DNA from: a virus
UHGV virus genome: UHGV-1351333
Strand: one strand, 5' to 3'
DNA length: 64,000 nucleotides
Under the pieces are notes generated by a model. The model was given only the letters and a program-made list of their open reading frames with translations. It made no database searches and had not been told where the DNA came from. A program made the position numbers and the translations under genes. Positions 1 through 9,631 of the stretch are shown here, piece by piece (positions within the stretch are counted from its first letter, which is position 1; every line of letters starts with the position of its first letter).

Positions 1-1739
1 AGATAACCAGCGTGCCGGCCACAATCCGGGACAAAATCAACCGCATCATCCAGCGGGAATATGATAAAGGGTCCTCGGTGTTCGATACGATTGCCGCCGT
101 GCGCCGTCAGACCCCGTCACTGGCCGCCGGCCGCATAGCCACGATTGTCCGCACCGAACTTGGGCGGGCCGCGGATATTGCCAATATCCAGGCGGCCATG
201 GAAGGGACCTGCACGCACATGTCGGTTATCGGGTGCGAAACCATTGAACGCACCTACACCTACCGGGGTTTGCCGACGTGCAACATCCAAAATGTGCCAA
301 TCAACGAATGCATGAACGTCCGGTTCCATCCGAACCATACCGGCTGCTGGGTTCCGTCGGCGTTCAGGCAGTCGGACGGCTCGGTTCCGGAGCTGGACCC
401 CCGCAGCAATTCCGGCCACGGCACTTTTGAAACGCAGCAGGAAAACCCGGAAGGAAACAGCGCCCCGTTCCTGAATCCAAGACCGGCTCCCGGCCCGGAA
501 ATGGAAAACCCGGTAACGCTCGCTCCTACGCCGGAACCGCCTCCGGCTCCTATAGATATTCTTCCCCAGGGTTCATCATCGCCGGTACTGCCGACCACCC
601 CGGAAAACTGCGGGGCGCCGGTCGTAGGAAGGCCGCTTCCGTCAGGAAGGCCGCCGAAAAATGTAATTGATTTTGACGCGCTTCCGGCATCCTACCAGGA
701 CACGGAAGAAGTGCGCCATGCCGTTGAGGTGATTCGCAGCCGCGCCAGTTCGGTAACAAGATTCGTTGCGGACGATAAGGACATTTATGACTTTTTCCGG
801 ACGGTCGGAGTTCTTCCGGACGCTATGGAATCCCTTTTGCTCCAGGACATCCCCCTTAATCTGGCGGATTCGATGGAACTGGTTATTCGCGCCGGACGCA
901 CTTTTGACTGCATCGGCAGCGTAGGCGGAAAACAGTCATTTTTGTATCGGCGCACGATATGCGTAGATGAACAAGGCCGTCTGTACATCCACCACAACGA
1001 TTTTGAAATATGGGCGGAGTACCAGGGGAACGGGTACGCGAGAAAACTGCTGCAAAACCAGATTAACTTTTACGATGCTATCGAGGCCAATTACATCACG
1101 ATGGCGGCCAACATTGACGTAGGCGCTTACGCCTGGGCCAGATACGGATTTTATCTGACTGACGACGGCGCGGAGGCATTGACAAGGCAGCTGCGGCGGG
1201 GCTGGAACCGGATAATCACTAAAGATTTGGCTCCGGCCAATCCGACGGACAAGGAAGCGTTTGACGCGTCAATAGCCCGCTTGGAGCGGATTGTTGAAAA
1301 AAACCCGATGGAACCCAAAGACCTTTGGGCTATCGCGTCCGAACACATCAAAGTACGCACCCCGGGGGGCCAGGAACGGAAGCTGGGGTATCATGTGCTG
1401 TCCGGAACCTACTACAACGCCCGGCTGGACTTGAACGACCCGGAACAGTACGCGCGGCTGGTATCGTACATCAACCACAATCCCACAATTAACAAAGGGC
1501 GGGAATTGTATTCCGTCGTTGACGGACGCCGCCGGGACGCGCTGCTGCACGCGGAGTTTCTTTCCAGCGTATGGGGAAACTTCCGGGCAGACTTCGCCGG
1601 GGTGGAACAGGCCATACGTTCCGGCTGCCCGGAAGACGAGGCGCTGTGGCTTTACGCGTCTCCGGAATCCGTGGCGCTTATGGCCCCGCAGTTGCCGCAA
1701 GAACTGTACACCCGTTATTTGTCATTGCTTAACCGATGA
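1..1739 (+). CDS. Head morphogenesis protein, MuF-like domain (5' partial; ORF open to window start), with C-terminal GNAT-like acetyltransferase-like domain
   Basis: Reading frame open from position 3 with no upstream stop. N-terminal visible part has RTELGRA...C..C...FHPNHTGCWVP, resembling the Cys/His-rich C-terminal motif of the Mu F / SPP1 gp7 family (recalled consensus P.HPnCRC..P). A Pro-rich linker PAPGPE...PTPEPPPAP follows. The later segment YQGNGYARKLL...ANIDVGAYAWARYGF fits GNAT motif A (Q-x-x-G-x-A) and motif B. Confidence 0.5.
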   Translation, partial: ITSVPATIRDKINRIIQREYDKGSSVFDTIAAVRRQTPSLAAGRIATIVRTELGRAADIANIQAAMEGTCTHMSVIGCETIERTYTYRGLPTCNIQNVPINECMNVRFHPNHTGCWVPSAFRQSDGSVPELDPRSNSGHGTFETQQENPEGNSAPFLNPRPAPGPEMENPVTLAPTPEPPPAPIDILPQGSSSPVLPTTPENCGAPVVGRPLPSGRPPKNVIDFDALPASYQDTEEVRHAVEVIRSRASSVTRFVADDKDIYDFFRTVGVLPDAMESLLLQDIPLNLADSMELVIRAGRTFDCIGSVGGKQSFLYRRTICVDEQGRLYIHHNDFEIWAEYQGNGYARKLLQNQINFYDAIEANYITMAANIDVGAYAWARYGFYLTDDGAEALTRQLRRGWNRIITKDLAPANPTDKEAFDASIARLERIVEKNPMEPKDLWAIASEHIKVRTPGGQERKLGYHVLSGTYYNARLDLNDPEQYARLVSYINHNPTINKGRELYSVVDGRRRDALLHAEFLSSVWGNFRADFAGVEQAIRSGCPEDEALWLYASPESVALMAPQLPQELYTRYLSLLNR

Positions 1740-2452
1740 ACTTTGTCTGGCTTAACAACCAATTCGGCAACCAGCTATGGCAGATTGCCGTCGCGACGTT
1801 TTTTTTTGGCCGGGGAAACTTCGCCGCAATAACTTCCTATGCCGTGCCGCTGAAAGGAATCGGTTTCCATGCGTTCCTGCATGTGCCCTGCTTCCCGTTC
1901 AACCGGGAGACGAGCGCCTTAGCGCCGCAAACGGTTTACGTCAAAAGAGGAACGCCCCTGCCTCCCGGCACGAACTCTATCATTGACGGGCAGTTGCAGG
2001 ACGTAGCCTGGCTGCGCGGATTGAATATCCAGCAACTATTGACGTTTGACGGCATCGATAACGATTTTCGCATTGTCCATGTCCGGGGCGGCGATTACTT
2101 TACCAGCAAATCGCACAAGCCCTACGTCAAAAACCGAGACTGGTATCTTAAAGCCATTGCCGCTGTTCCTGATATGCGGAAGCATCAGGACAAAATAATC
2201 CTGTGCACGAATGATGGAAAATATGCGAAAAAAATCCTTCCTGAATTTCCTATACTGGACGTGCCGCCCTTGACTGCGTTCCGCCTGATGATGGGTTGCC
2301 GCTCCCTGGTAATATCCGCGTCGTCCTTTAGCTGGTGGGCCGGGTATCTAAATCCGTCAGCGCAGATTGCCGCCCCTTCCCGGTGGTGCGGCGCCGGAGA
2401 GGATTCGGCGAAATATTACGGACATAGCCGCTTGATGTTCATACCTGATTAA
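1736..2452 (+). CDS. Alpha-1,2-fucosyltransferase-like glycosyltransferase (GT11-like)
   Basis: Contains HVRGGDY (GT11 motif HxRRGDY) and SASSFSWWAGYL (GT11 C-terminal motif SSFSWWAAYL). Start ATG overlaps the upstream stop (ATGA). Confidence 0.6.
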   Translation: MNFVWLNNQFGNQLWQIAVATFFFGRGNFAAITSYAVPLKGIGFHAFLHVPCFPFNRETSALAPQTVYVKRGTPLPPGTNSIIDGQLQDVAWLRGLNIQQLLTFDGIDNDFRIVHVRGGDYFTSKSHKPYVKNRDWYLKAIAAVPDMRKHQDKIILCTNDGKYAKKILPEFPILDVPPLTAFRLMMGCRSLVISASSFSWWAGYLNPSAQIAAPSRWCGAGEDSAKYYGHSRLMFIPD

Positions 2453-2469
2453 CCCGGCAGACCGGCAAA

Positions 2470-2486
2470 TTTGCAATCATTGCAAA
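2470..2486. promoter_or_regulatory. 7-3-7 inverted repeat TTTGCAATCATTGCAAA
   Basis: Perfect palindrome in the intergenic region upstream of the 2666 gene. Confidence 0.7.
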
Positions 2487-2665
2487 TTCGTTTGTATAGA
2501 CCGAAAATGATTATATAGACCTTTTCCTTATTTTCGTTTTTCGTCATTTGCCCTATGGTCGGATAGTTCCCTCCCGCGAGGGCCGGGAACCCTGAAAACT
2601 TCCTGTGGTTTTCAGGAGCATCACAATTAAGCAGGACAAAAACCAAATAGAAAGACAGCACAAAA

Positions 2666-3583
2666 ATGTACGGCACCAGCCCTATGTTTACCATGCCCGT
2701 GTCCTCCGTGGATTCCGGGCGCAGCAATGATAACTACGGAAATTGGAACAATCCGTTTGTGTACCTCGTCTGGATGTGGGCGTTCTCCATGTTCGGCGGC
2801 AATGGCCTGTGGGGCAACAGGAACGGAGCGGGAACCGTAGAAACCCAAGCGATTACCGCGTCTCAGGTCGATGACATCAGGGCGCAGGTAGCCGCTATCC
2901 GTCAAGGGATTGAATGCGGCGACGCAAATATCATGCGGGCCGTTGACCAGCTCGCCGATACCGCACGCGCCAACCAGATTAAAATTGACGGAGGCTTTAC
3001 GTCCGTCAACCAGAACCTGTGCTCCGGCTTCGGCTCCGTCAACTCCAACATCTGCGACGCTAAGACGGCCGTTCTTGGCGCCCTCTGCAACATCGAGCAC
3101 AATCTCGCCATGCAGGGATGCCAGTTCGCCAACCAGATGCAGCAGTGCTGCTGCGAACTCAAGACCGCTATCGGCGATGTCGGATGCGGCGTAGAAAAAG
3201 GCCTCCTGAATCAGACGATTCAGCTCAACCAGGGACTGTGCGGCGTCAACCAGAACATTCAGCAGACCGGCGCGCAAATTGCCAATGGCATTTCCAACCT
3301 CGGATTTACCATTCAGCAGCAGTTCTGCAACACGAACAGCCTGATTGAGGCGAACACGAGAGCCGTGCAGGCGGAAGGCGCCATGACCCGCCAGCTGCTG
3401 GTTGACCAGGTGAAGGACGCCGAAATCTCCCGGCTTCGCGGCATCGTCGCTGAAAACAGCCAGCAAAGGCAGACTACGGAACTGTTTGCCGCCCAGCAGG
3501 CCCAGACGGCTACTCTGCTGCCCCTGTTGCAGCAGATTATCAACAACACGACGAAAACCACCAGCCCCGCGACAGCTGCCTAA
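2666..3583 (+). CDS. Hypothetical protein, N-terminal hydrophobic segment, Cys/Gln/Asn-rich
   Basis: 305-aa ORF after an intergenic promoter region. Hydrophobic WMWAFSMFGG segment near the N-terminus and 11 Cys in a Q/N-rich repetitive C-terminal region. No recognisable family. Confidence 0.45.
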   Translation: MYGTSPMFTMPVSSVDSGRSNDNYGNWNNPFVYLVWMWAFSMFGGNGLWGNRNGAGTVETQAITASQVDDIRAQVAAIRQGIECGDANIMRAVDQLADTARANQIKIDGGFTSVNQNLCSGFGSVNSNICDAKTAVLGALCNIEHNLAMQGCQFANQMQQCCCELKTAIGDVGCGVEKGLLNQTIQLNQGLCGVNQNIQQTGAQIANGISNLGFTIQQQFCNTNSLIEANTRAVQAEGAMTRQLLVDQVKDAEISRLRGIVAENSQQRQTTELFAAQQAQTATLLPLLQQIINNTTKTTSPATAA

Positions 3584-3599
3584 TCGTCAATTCAGGCTT

Positions 3600-3628
3600 C
3601 CCGCCTTTTACCGGGCGGGGGCCTTTTT
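3600..3628 (+). terminator. Intrinsic terminator
   Basis: CCCGCC-loop-GGCGGG followed by GCCTTTTTG, after the 2666-3583 gene. Confidence 0.55.
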
Positions 3629-3684
3629 GAATCCTGGGGCGGCAACGCCCCGAAACACCAATCCAGAAAGGAGAATTGACGATA

Positions 3685-4326
3685 ATGTTCGGAAATATGA
3701 TGCCCGGAATGCCGGGCGCAAATCCCGCCGCAGGAGGCATGGGCATGCCTCCCATGTTTCCAGGCATGCCGGGTATGGGTTCCGCCATGCCGACCCAAGC
3801 GGAGGTGCAGGCTCAAATTGAGCAGCATATCCAGGAGGCGATGGTCCGAATGCTCGAAGAACCGACCGCGGAAGTAGAAGCCGCCATATTGAAGGCGTGC
3901 AAAAAGCTGCTCCGCAAACACGGCTTCCTGGAATCGGACGCGATACGCAATAAGCACCGACGCGAGGAATCGGACAAGGAGGAACATGCCCATGACCCGT
4001 TTTCCGCGAACAGCGAAGAGACGGAAGACGAGGACCGCTGCCATGCCTGGGGCGAAAACCCCATGGGGCGGTTGTTCCTGCTCGTCGATGAATTGCAGGA
4101 ACTGGCCTACAAGGGCCACGGGCCGCAGGTCATCGAAAAACGCTTCCGGGAAGCATGCTCGGACGAAGTATGCGATGAAGAACTTAAAGTCATGGGCCGT
4201 CTGGTCCTGGCTGACGGGTTCCGAAAGCATGCGTCGGCCCTCGGAATGACCAAAGAAGCCTTCAAAAAGCATCTTGCGTCCATTGCCGACAAAATCAAAC
4301 GCAACGACACGGACGACGAAGACTGA
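3685..4326 (+). CDS. Hypothetical protein with Met/Pro/Gly-rich N-terminus
   Basis: ATG preceded by AAAGGAG about 12 nt upstream, one of few clear SD sequences in the window. Low-complexity MPGMPG repeats, acidic C-terminus. Confidence 0.5.
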   Translation: MFGNMMPGMPGANPAAGGMGMPPMFPGMPGMGSAMPTQAEVQAQIEQHIQEAMVRMLEEPTAEVEAAILKACKKLLRKHGFLESDAIRNKHRREESDKEEHAHDPFSANSEETEDEDRCHAWGENPMGRLFLLVDELQELAYKGHGPQVIEKRFREACSDEVCDEELKVMGRLVLADGFRKHASALGMTKEAFKKHLASIADKIKRNDTDDED

Positions 4327-4399
4327 CGGCTTTTTATATTGGTTATTGCGAGGTTGCGGGCTTGATTGGCTGAACGCCGTCAGGCCCGCAATTTTATTG
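4323..4399 (+). terminator. Structured terminator region
   Basis: Nested stems CTGACGGC/GCCGTCAG and GCGGGC/GCCCGC followed by AATTTTATT. Confidence 0.4.
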
Positions 4400-4430
4400 A
4401 CTTGACCCCACTTTGTGCTATCCCGGAATT

Positions 4431-4883
4431 ATGACTGGTATCACTATTTGCAATACAACCGCCATTGCCGCACTATGCGGCTCTCTGGCTATGTGCGTTT
4501 CGTCCTGCTCTCAAGTATGGGACGCTACGGCCCAGCGGCAGGCGAAAGAAGCCGCCATTTCCATTACCGTATCATCCAGGGTGCGCAATGACCCGAACCC
4601 CCCGCAGCGTGAAATCGCATATAAAACCGTAGCGGCGGTATTGAGCGAATACATTGATTCCGGGAATACCGATTCCGCTACGCTGAAATCCGGCATTTAT
4701 TCTGCGCTGGATAAAGTGTTTTCCGCTAAACTGGCCGATAAAATCACCGGAGAAATCATGGATATGATTACCGACCTGGCCGGTTCCGCTACAGACCAGG
4801 ACAAACTGCTCGCCGCGGAAAAGCTGGTGCTGGACAGCATCAAAGCGGGGCTTGACATGTCTGAAACGGTCGTAGTACAGTAA
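4431..4883 (+). CDS. Putative lipoprotein
   Basis: N-terminus MTGITICNTTAIAALCGSLAMCVSSC has a signal-peptide-like h-region and an LAMC lipobox-like motif. Confidence 0.45.
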   Translation: MTGITICNTTAIAALCGSLAMCVSSCSQVWDATAQRQAKEAAISITVSSRVRNDPNPPQREIAYKTVAAVLSEYIDSGNTDSATLKSGIYSALDKVFSAKLADKITGEIMDMITDLAGSATDQDKLLAAEKLVLDSIKAGLDMSETVVVQ

Positions 4884-4943
4884 AGGCCGTCCTGATAACC
4901 ACACAGGATTAAAAGCCCAGTTGGATCATGAGAGAGATGGCAG

Positions 4944-4991
4944 CCTGTCAGGGGAGTGGCGTGTAAAATCTCCTGACAGGTTGCTTTTTTC
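4944..4991 (+). terminator. Intrinsic terminator
   Basis: CCTGTCAGG-loop-CCTGACAGG followed by TTGCTTTTTTC. Confidence 0.7.
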
Positions 4992-5029
4992 TTGTTGACC
5001 TTCCTGTTTCCGCCTCGCAATATGCCGCT

Positions 5030-5845
5030 ATGCCGTTTGTTCGTGTTGTAAAAAAAGTTCCGGCTCATTTGGCGCCCATGATGGCGAAAGCGAATAATCC
5101 GCTAACCGGGAAAGTCGTTTTCTGGAAAACCCCGGAAGGTAAAACGCTGGCGGGAAAAGTAGCCTCTGTTCACGGCAATACGGCTTCCGTGCAGTTGGCC
5201 GCCCCTTACGGGAGAAAAGAACTCATGCTCTCGGATTCCACAGTTTCCGTTCCTGCGGATTTGCTGGGAACTGTTGACTTGCCCGTGCGTTCCGGAACCG
5301 CCAAGGCATGGGAGCAATCCTCATTTTTCAAAAAGTTTATCGCCGTCGTAGAAAAGGACGAGGGCAGCGACCGTGTCAAAGACTACCTGGACGTTGCCAT
5401 TGAGGGCTACGGCTCCACGTTTGAAAACTTTACCAAAGCCGACCGCGCCGGAGACTCCATTCTTCCTTCCGCCTTTGACCAGACCCTGGACGATTTTCGG
5501 CGCAATCCGGTCATGCTCCGGGACCACTGGATGGACACCGACCACACGATAGGCAAATGGACTGTCGTAGAGACTGACGCCAAGGGCCTGCACATGGTGG
5601 GAGTGCTCTCCAACGCCGACGACGTGCGGGACATCAGATTCAAAATCGCCGAAGGCATTTTGACCACCTTGTCCATTGGCGGCCTCTTCCTTTATCAGGA
5701 CGATAATTCCACCATTGAAAAGATTTACCTGTACGAAACGTCTGTGGTAGTCGTGCCGTGCAACCCGGACGCGACATTCACCGTGCGCTCGCTGGATATT
5801 GACACTGTTACCAAGGCATTCGATTTCAGGCGGTTTTTTTCGTAA
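5030..5845 (+). CDS. Prohead protease (HK97 gp4 / peptidase S78 family)
   Basis: AIEGYGSTFENF...GDSILPSAF, RDHWMDTDHTIGKW and IYLYETSVVVVPCNPDA match conserved blocks of HK97-type prohead serine proteases. Located immediately upstream of the capsid gene. Confidence 0.7.
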   Translation: MPFVRVVKKVPAHLAPMMAKANNPLTGKVVFWKTPEGKTLAGKVASVHGNTASVQLAAPYGRKELMLSDSTVSVPADLLGTVDLPVRSGTAKAWEQSSFFKKFIAVVEKDEGSDRVKDYLDVAIEGYGSTFENFTKADRAGDSILPSAFDQTLDDFRRNPVMLRDHWMDTDHTIGKWTVVETDAKGLHMVGVLSNADDVRDIRFKIAEGILTTLSIGGLFLYQDDNSTIEKIYLYETSVVVVPCNPDATFTVRSLDIDTVTKAFDFRRFFS

Positions 5846-6064
5846 ACAGTTTTCTTGCTCCGGATAGTCTGCCGGAATGTGAGGATAAACAAGGGAAACG
5901 CAGAGGGCCGGAACGCCGGGAGGCGCCCCGCAACCCTTCACATGCGCTTGCCTCGTAATAACAGGAATATTGACGGGATGTACCCGCCCCCTGTTCCGTT
6001 TCGCCGGTTCGGGGGCGGGTTTTCCTTTACTGGATTTGCCCGCGCCGATATTATGGCGCGGTAT

Positions 6065-6512
6065 GATTGATAAAACCCAAACCAGAAAAGACCCGCAGGC
6101 ATTCACACGCGCTATCGATTCCATGCACGATGCGCTGGAAACAGCCACCAGAAGTTTACGCCGGGGAGCGCAGGCATTCCGGTTTTCCGACCCCAAAGGG
6201 AACTACCCCCGCATTGATGACCTTTCTGACGCCGAACGGTCGGAGTTTCAGGAGAAGCTTGCGGCCGTATCAGACGCCTTGCAGGATTTATACGCCTTTT
6301 TCGGCTTTCCGGAAGACGTGCCTCCGGTAAAAAACGTCCTGCACCATATTTTGGTTAAAACGCCTGTTACTGTCACTATACCGAAAGTGATGGAACCCGT
6401 GCCCTGCGCCAAGCCGCCGACTCAGGCTCAGGCGTCGTGCCCGCTGGCAATCGCCACCCAGGACGAACAGGATAAACAACACATGGAGATTATTAAAATA
6501 AAGGTGGACTAA
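6065..6512 (+). CDS. Hypothetical protein
   Basis: ORF between protease and capsid genes. First ATG within the longer alt-start ORF 5970-6512. Confidence 0.35.
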
Positions 6513-6515
6513 AAA

Positions 6516-6532
6516 TTTGCAATCATTGCAAA
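6516..6532. promoter_or_regulatory. 7-3-7 inverted repeat TTTGCAATCATTGCAAA
   Basis: Intergenic, upstream of the capsid gene. Followed by TTTTATTGAC. Confidence 0.7.
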
Positions 6533-6688
6533 TTTTATTGACACCATATCGTCCCCTTGTTAATCGGACGTTAAGCACATGCGTATTTTTTACAAGCAGC
6601 GCGTTCCGAAATCCGCGAAAGTACGGCGGCTGACTGTGAGAATAATTGCAGCATTTTCGCTTAACAGTCTAACCGCTACAAAAAAACA

Positions 6689-8347
6689 ATGTTGACCGAA
6701 GAACAGAAAAAGCGCCTTGCCGCCCTTCATGCTAAGGATGCCGCAACCCTCACCGACCAGGAAAAGAAAGAACTTGCCGCACTGACCGGCATGGCCGAAG
6801 TAGCCGGGCTGGCTCTCGATGACGCCTTCATGGCGCAGTATGGCCCGACCGAAGACCGGCCCCTGACCGGCGATGAGCTGAAAAAGCATATTTCCGACGC
6901 CGTAACCGAGGGCCTGAAACACTACTCCGGAACTATGGACGTTTCCAAGCTGGCGGAAGAAATCACGAAAAGCCTGAACATTCCCGATACCCGGCAGGGC
7001 ATTACGCCCGAAGACCTGAAAACCGCAGTGGCGTCCGCCCTCAGCGCGGAAACTATCATTGAGGGTCTGCAAAGCAAACTGCCCGCCGTTCCGGGCGAAG
7101 ACCAAATCAAGAAACTGGTGGAAGAAGTCGTGAATACGAACCTGCGCACCCAATCCAAGGAGTTCTACCCCGTCGATGAAAACATCGAAGTGCCGCTCTC
7201 CGGCCACAAGGGGAACCTGTCCGTGGCGGAGTACCAGCTGCTGAACATCTGCAAGATGACCGGCAAGTTCATTGACGTGAAAACCGCTCCCGCGGACATA
7301 AACGACGGCATTCCGGAATCCACCCGGAAGGCTGCCGAACAGGCCGGGGCCAAGTTCATCCGGTCGTTGAGGATGGGCCGAAAGGACGTATTCACTACCA
7401 CCGACGGGCACATCTTCCCGTCTGACCTGTCCAGTACGTTGCTTTACCGGCTGTATCTTGAGTCCCAGTTGGCCGCCGCGCTGATTTCCCAGGAAGTGCC
7501 GATGCCGACCGACCCCTATACGCTGCCTATCGCTACCACCCGCATTCGTTACCGTAAGGGTTCCGAAGCCCCGGCTTCAACCACCGCGGACAAAATCGGC
7601 CTGTCTGACGTTACGCTGAAAACTGCGAAACTTATCGGCATTACCGATTTTTCCTACGAAGCGGCCGAAGATTCCATCATTCCGGTGCTTCCCATGCTCA
7701 TGGACGACCTGGCTAAGGGCGCTGTAGAATCCCTGGAAAGCGCCATTATCAACGGCGACACGGCGGAAACCCACCAGGACGCGGACGTTACGGCGACTGA
7801 CGACGCCGCCAAGCTGTTTGACGGTCTCCGCAAGTTCGCCCTGGCGCAGAATTCCTGTAAAGTCGATATGGCGACCGGCGGCATTTCCGCGGCTTCCATT
7901 CTCAGGATGAAAGCTTCCATGGGCAAGTACGGCCTGCGGCCCTCCGACCTGCTTCTGGTCGTTTCCGCCTCCGGCTACAACACAATGCTTGGGCTGGACG
8001 AAACGCTGACCGTGGACAAGGCAGGACCGGGAGCCGCGAGAATCCTTACCGGCATCGTGCCGTCTATCTACAACATTCCGATTATCGTGTCAGAGGCTAT
8101 CAAGGCCACAAACACTTCCGGCGTCGTAGACGGCACGAGCAGCAATAACGTCAAGGATTCCCTGCTGCTGCTTTACAAGCCGTCGCTGATTCTCGGCTCC
8201 CGCCGGGGCTTCACGGTGGAATCCGAAGTGGACAAGAAACGCCAGGTTAACAGCCTGATTGCTTCTTTCCGCCGGGACTTCAAACTTAAGGAGCCGCTTG
8301 CCAGCGCGCCTACGGTCATTCTCGGCTATGGTGCGCCTGTCCTGTAA
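6689..8347 (+). CDS. Major capsid protein, HK97 fold, with N-terminal coiled-coil delta/scaffold-like domain
   Basis: 552 aa. Charged coiled-coil N-terminus (EEQKKRLAALHAKD...) followed by a domain typical of HK97-family MCPs. Sits after the protease and is followed by a strong terminator. Confidence 0.8.
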   Translation: MLTEEQKKRLAALHAKDAATLTDQEKKELAALTGMAEVAGLALDDAFMAQYGPTEDRPLTGDELKKHISDAVTEGLKHYSGTMDVSKLAEEITKSLNIPDTRQGITPEDLKTAVASALSAETIIEGLQSKLPAVPGEDQIKKLVEEVVNTNLRTQSKEFYPVDENIEVPLSGHKGNLSVAEYQLLNICKMTGKFIDVKTAPADINDGIPESTRKAAEQAGAKFIRSLRMGRKDVFTTTDGHIFPSDLSSTLLYRLYLESQLAAALISQEVPMPTDPYTLPIATTRIRYRKGSEAPASTTADKIGLSDVTLKTAKLIGITDFSYEAAEDSIIPVLPMLMDDLAKGAVESLESAIINGDTAETHQDADVTATDDAAKLFDGLRKFALAQNSCKVDMATGGISAASILRMKASMGKYGLRPSDLLLVVSASGYNTMLGLDETLTVDKAGPGAARILTGIVPSIYNIPIIVSEAIKATNTSGVVDGTSSNNVKDSLLLLYKPSLILGSRRGFTVESEVDKKRQVNSLIASFRRDFKLKEPLASAPTVILGYGAPVL

Positions 8348-8386
8348 ATCTATGTAACGCCATAGATTGCTTGTAAACTGTATTTT

Positions 8387-8428
8387 AGCCGGGAGGCATA
8401 CGATGTATGCTTTCCGGCTTTTTCTTTG
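8387..8428 (+). terminator. Intrinsic terminator after capsid gene
   Basis: AGCCGG...nested GCATAC/GTATGC...CCGGCT followed by TTTTCTTTG. Confidence 0.65.
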
Positions 8429-8458
8429 ATTTACGATTTTTTCATACCAACCACTGCA

Positions 8459-8793
8459 TGAATTCACAGCAAATCAAGTTTTGGGCGCAACAACAGTCAG
8501 CGCTGGTCTGCGCCAACTTTATCGCCGACGCTTACGGCCTTGACGCGGCAGAAATCAATCTGCTGACGGAAAAACTCGACCGGAAAAGCCAGCTGGGAAA
8601 GCCAAAAAAAGTGTTAATCAGAACTTTGCAGCTTCTGAAATATCCGTCGATGGAAGTAGCCCAAGCATTCGACACTACGCCTAAATATATCACGCTAATC
8701 TGGGGGAAAGTCCGCAAAGACCCGGAACTGGAATTGGTGGCGAACCGCATTTATCAGAAAACGATGCAAACTATTAACCGTGCGAGACTGTAA
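8459..8793 (+). CDS. Hypothetical protein
   Basis: First ATG inside alt-start ORF 8407-8793. No family recognised. Confidence 0.3.
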
Positions 8794-8848
8794 TTACCGG
8801 AAAAAGGTTTGCCTTGTATTTTAGCTATTTTTTTTTACCGTTACAGCC

Positions 8849-9424
8849 ATGAGAAACGCTACTTATTTAGGCCCCGCAAAAAATATCGGCCGGTTTGGAT
8901 TGTTAAGAAAAAAAGATGTCGTAGCTCTGTATGAGTATGAAATCGAATCCATTGACGGAACCAGGATGTTTCAGGTAGCCGAGTTCGATTTTGGCGATTC
9001 CGTGCCAAAAGGCGTTCAGCCGCTGGGAACTCCCGTTTACGACCTCCGCACCATTCCCTGGAACCACCCCCATTTGTTCAAATGGCTGAAACGCCGCGGG
9101 CCTCAAACGCTGAAAAATATCGCCTGCGCCGTGGAAAGCCTGGGCATCCGTTTAACCTTGGACAGCCAAAAATCCGCCTTGTCCATAGCCGATGCCGTTT
9201 ATGCGGCCGCCAAGTATTTCAACTGGACGTCATTGACTGTTTCCGACGCTAAAAACCTGCCGTCCACCGTTGACCCGCCGGCAGCCGAAATCCCGCAAAC
9301 GGTCGGACCGGAGCCGGAACCCGAATCGCAGAAGGAAAAGGAAGCCGAAGAAACCAATGAAACGAAAGAATCATCCGCGATGTTTGGGAATCCGGACGCG
9401 CAAGAAAGACATAGAAGCCGATAA
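8849..9424 (+). CDS. Hypothetical protein
   Basis: 191-aa ORF with acidic, Pro/Glu-rich C-terminus. Confidence 0.4.
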   Translation: MRNATYLGPAKNIGRFGLLRKKDVVALYEYEIESIDGTRMFQVAEFDFGDSVPKGVQPLGTPVYDLRTIPWNHPHLFKWLKRRGPQTLKNIACAVESLGIRLTLDSQKSALSIADAVYAAAKYFNWTSLTVSDAKNLPSTVDPPAAEIPQTVGPEPEPESQKEKEAEETNETKESSAMFGNPDAQERHRSR

Positions 9425-9427
9425 ACG

Positions 9428-9619
9428 ATGACAATGAGCAACCATGATTTGAATATCGCCAGTTTCCGCAGGCTCGCCCTTGACAGCGGCCATTCCGGTG
9501 CGGCTCTGGATATGATGGTAAAGTCTTACGCCAAAGCATCCACTACCGCTAAACGCTGTATGGTTCAGGCGCTGATTCGCATTCAGGCGCAGAAAAGCAA
9601 GGCTCCGCAAACTAAATAA
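9428..9619 (+). CDS. Small hypothetical protein
   Basis: 63-aa ORF tightly packed between neighbours. Confidence 0.3.
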   Translation: MTMSNHDLNIASFRRLALDSGHSGAALDMMVKSYAKASTTAKRCMVQALIRIQAQKSKAPQTK

Positions 9620-9631
9620 TCTGTTCCGGTC

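Noticed and set aside
2449-2727. ORFs whose translation contains ICNDCKF / ICNHCKS-like peptides (also 6288-6578, 12461-12688, 16505 extension, 37594-37803, 42777 extension, 46680-47000, 52223-52549, 63398-63988)
   Set aside because: The recurring peptide is simply the translation of the TTTGCAATCATTGCAAA palindrome. These ORFs run through intergenic regulatory elements and are not genes.
5321-7411. Minus-strand ORFs antisense to protease and capsid genes (5321-6196, 6590-7411)
   Set aside because: Plus-strand genes carry clear protease and capsid signatures; the minus ORFs are compositional shadows.
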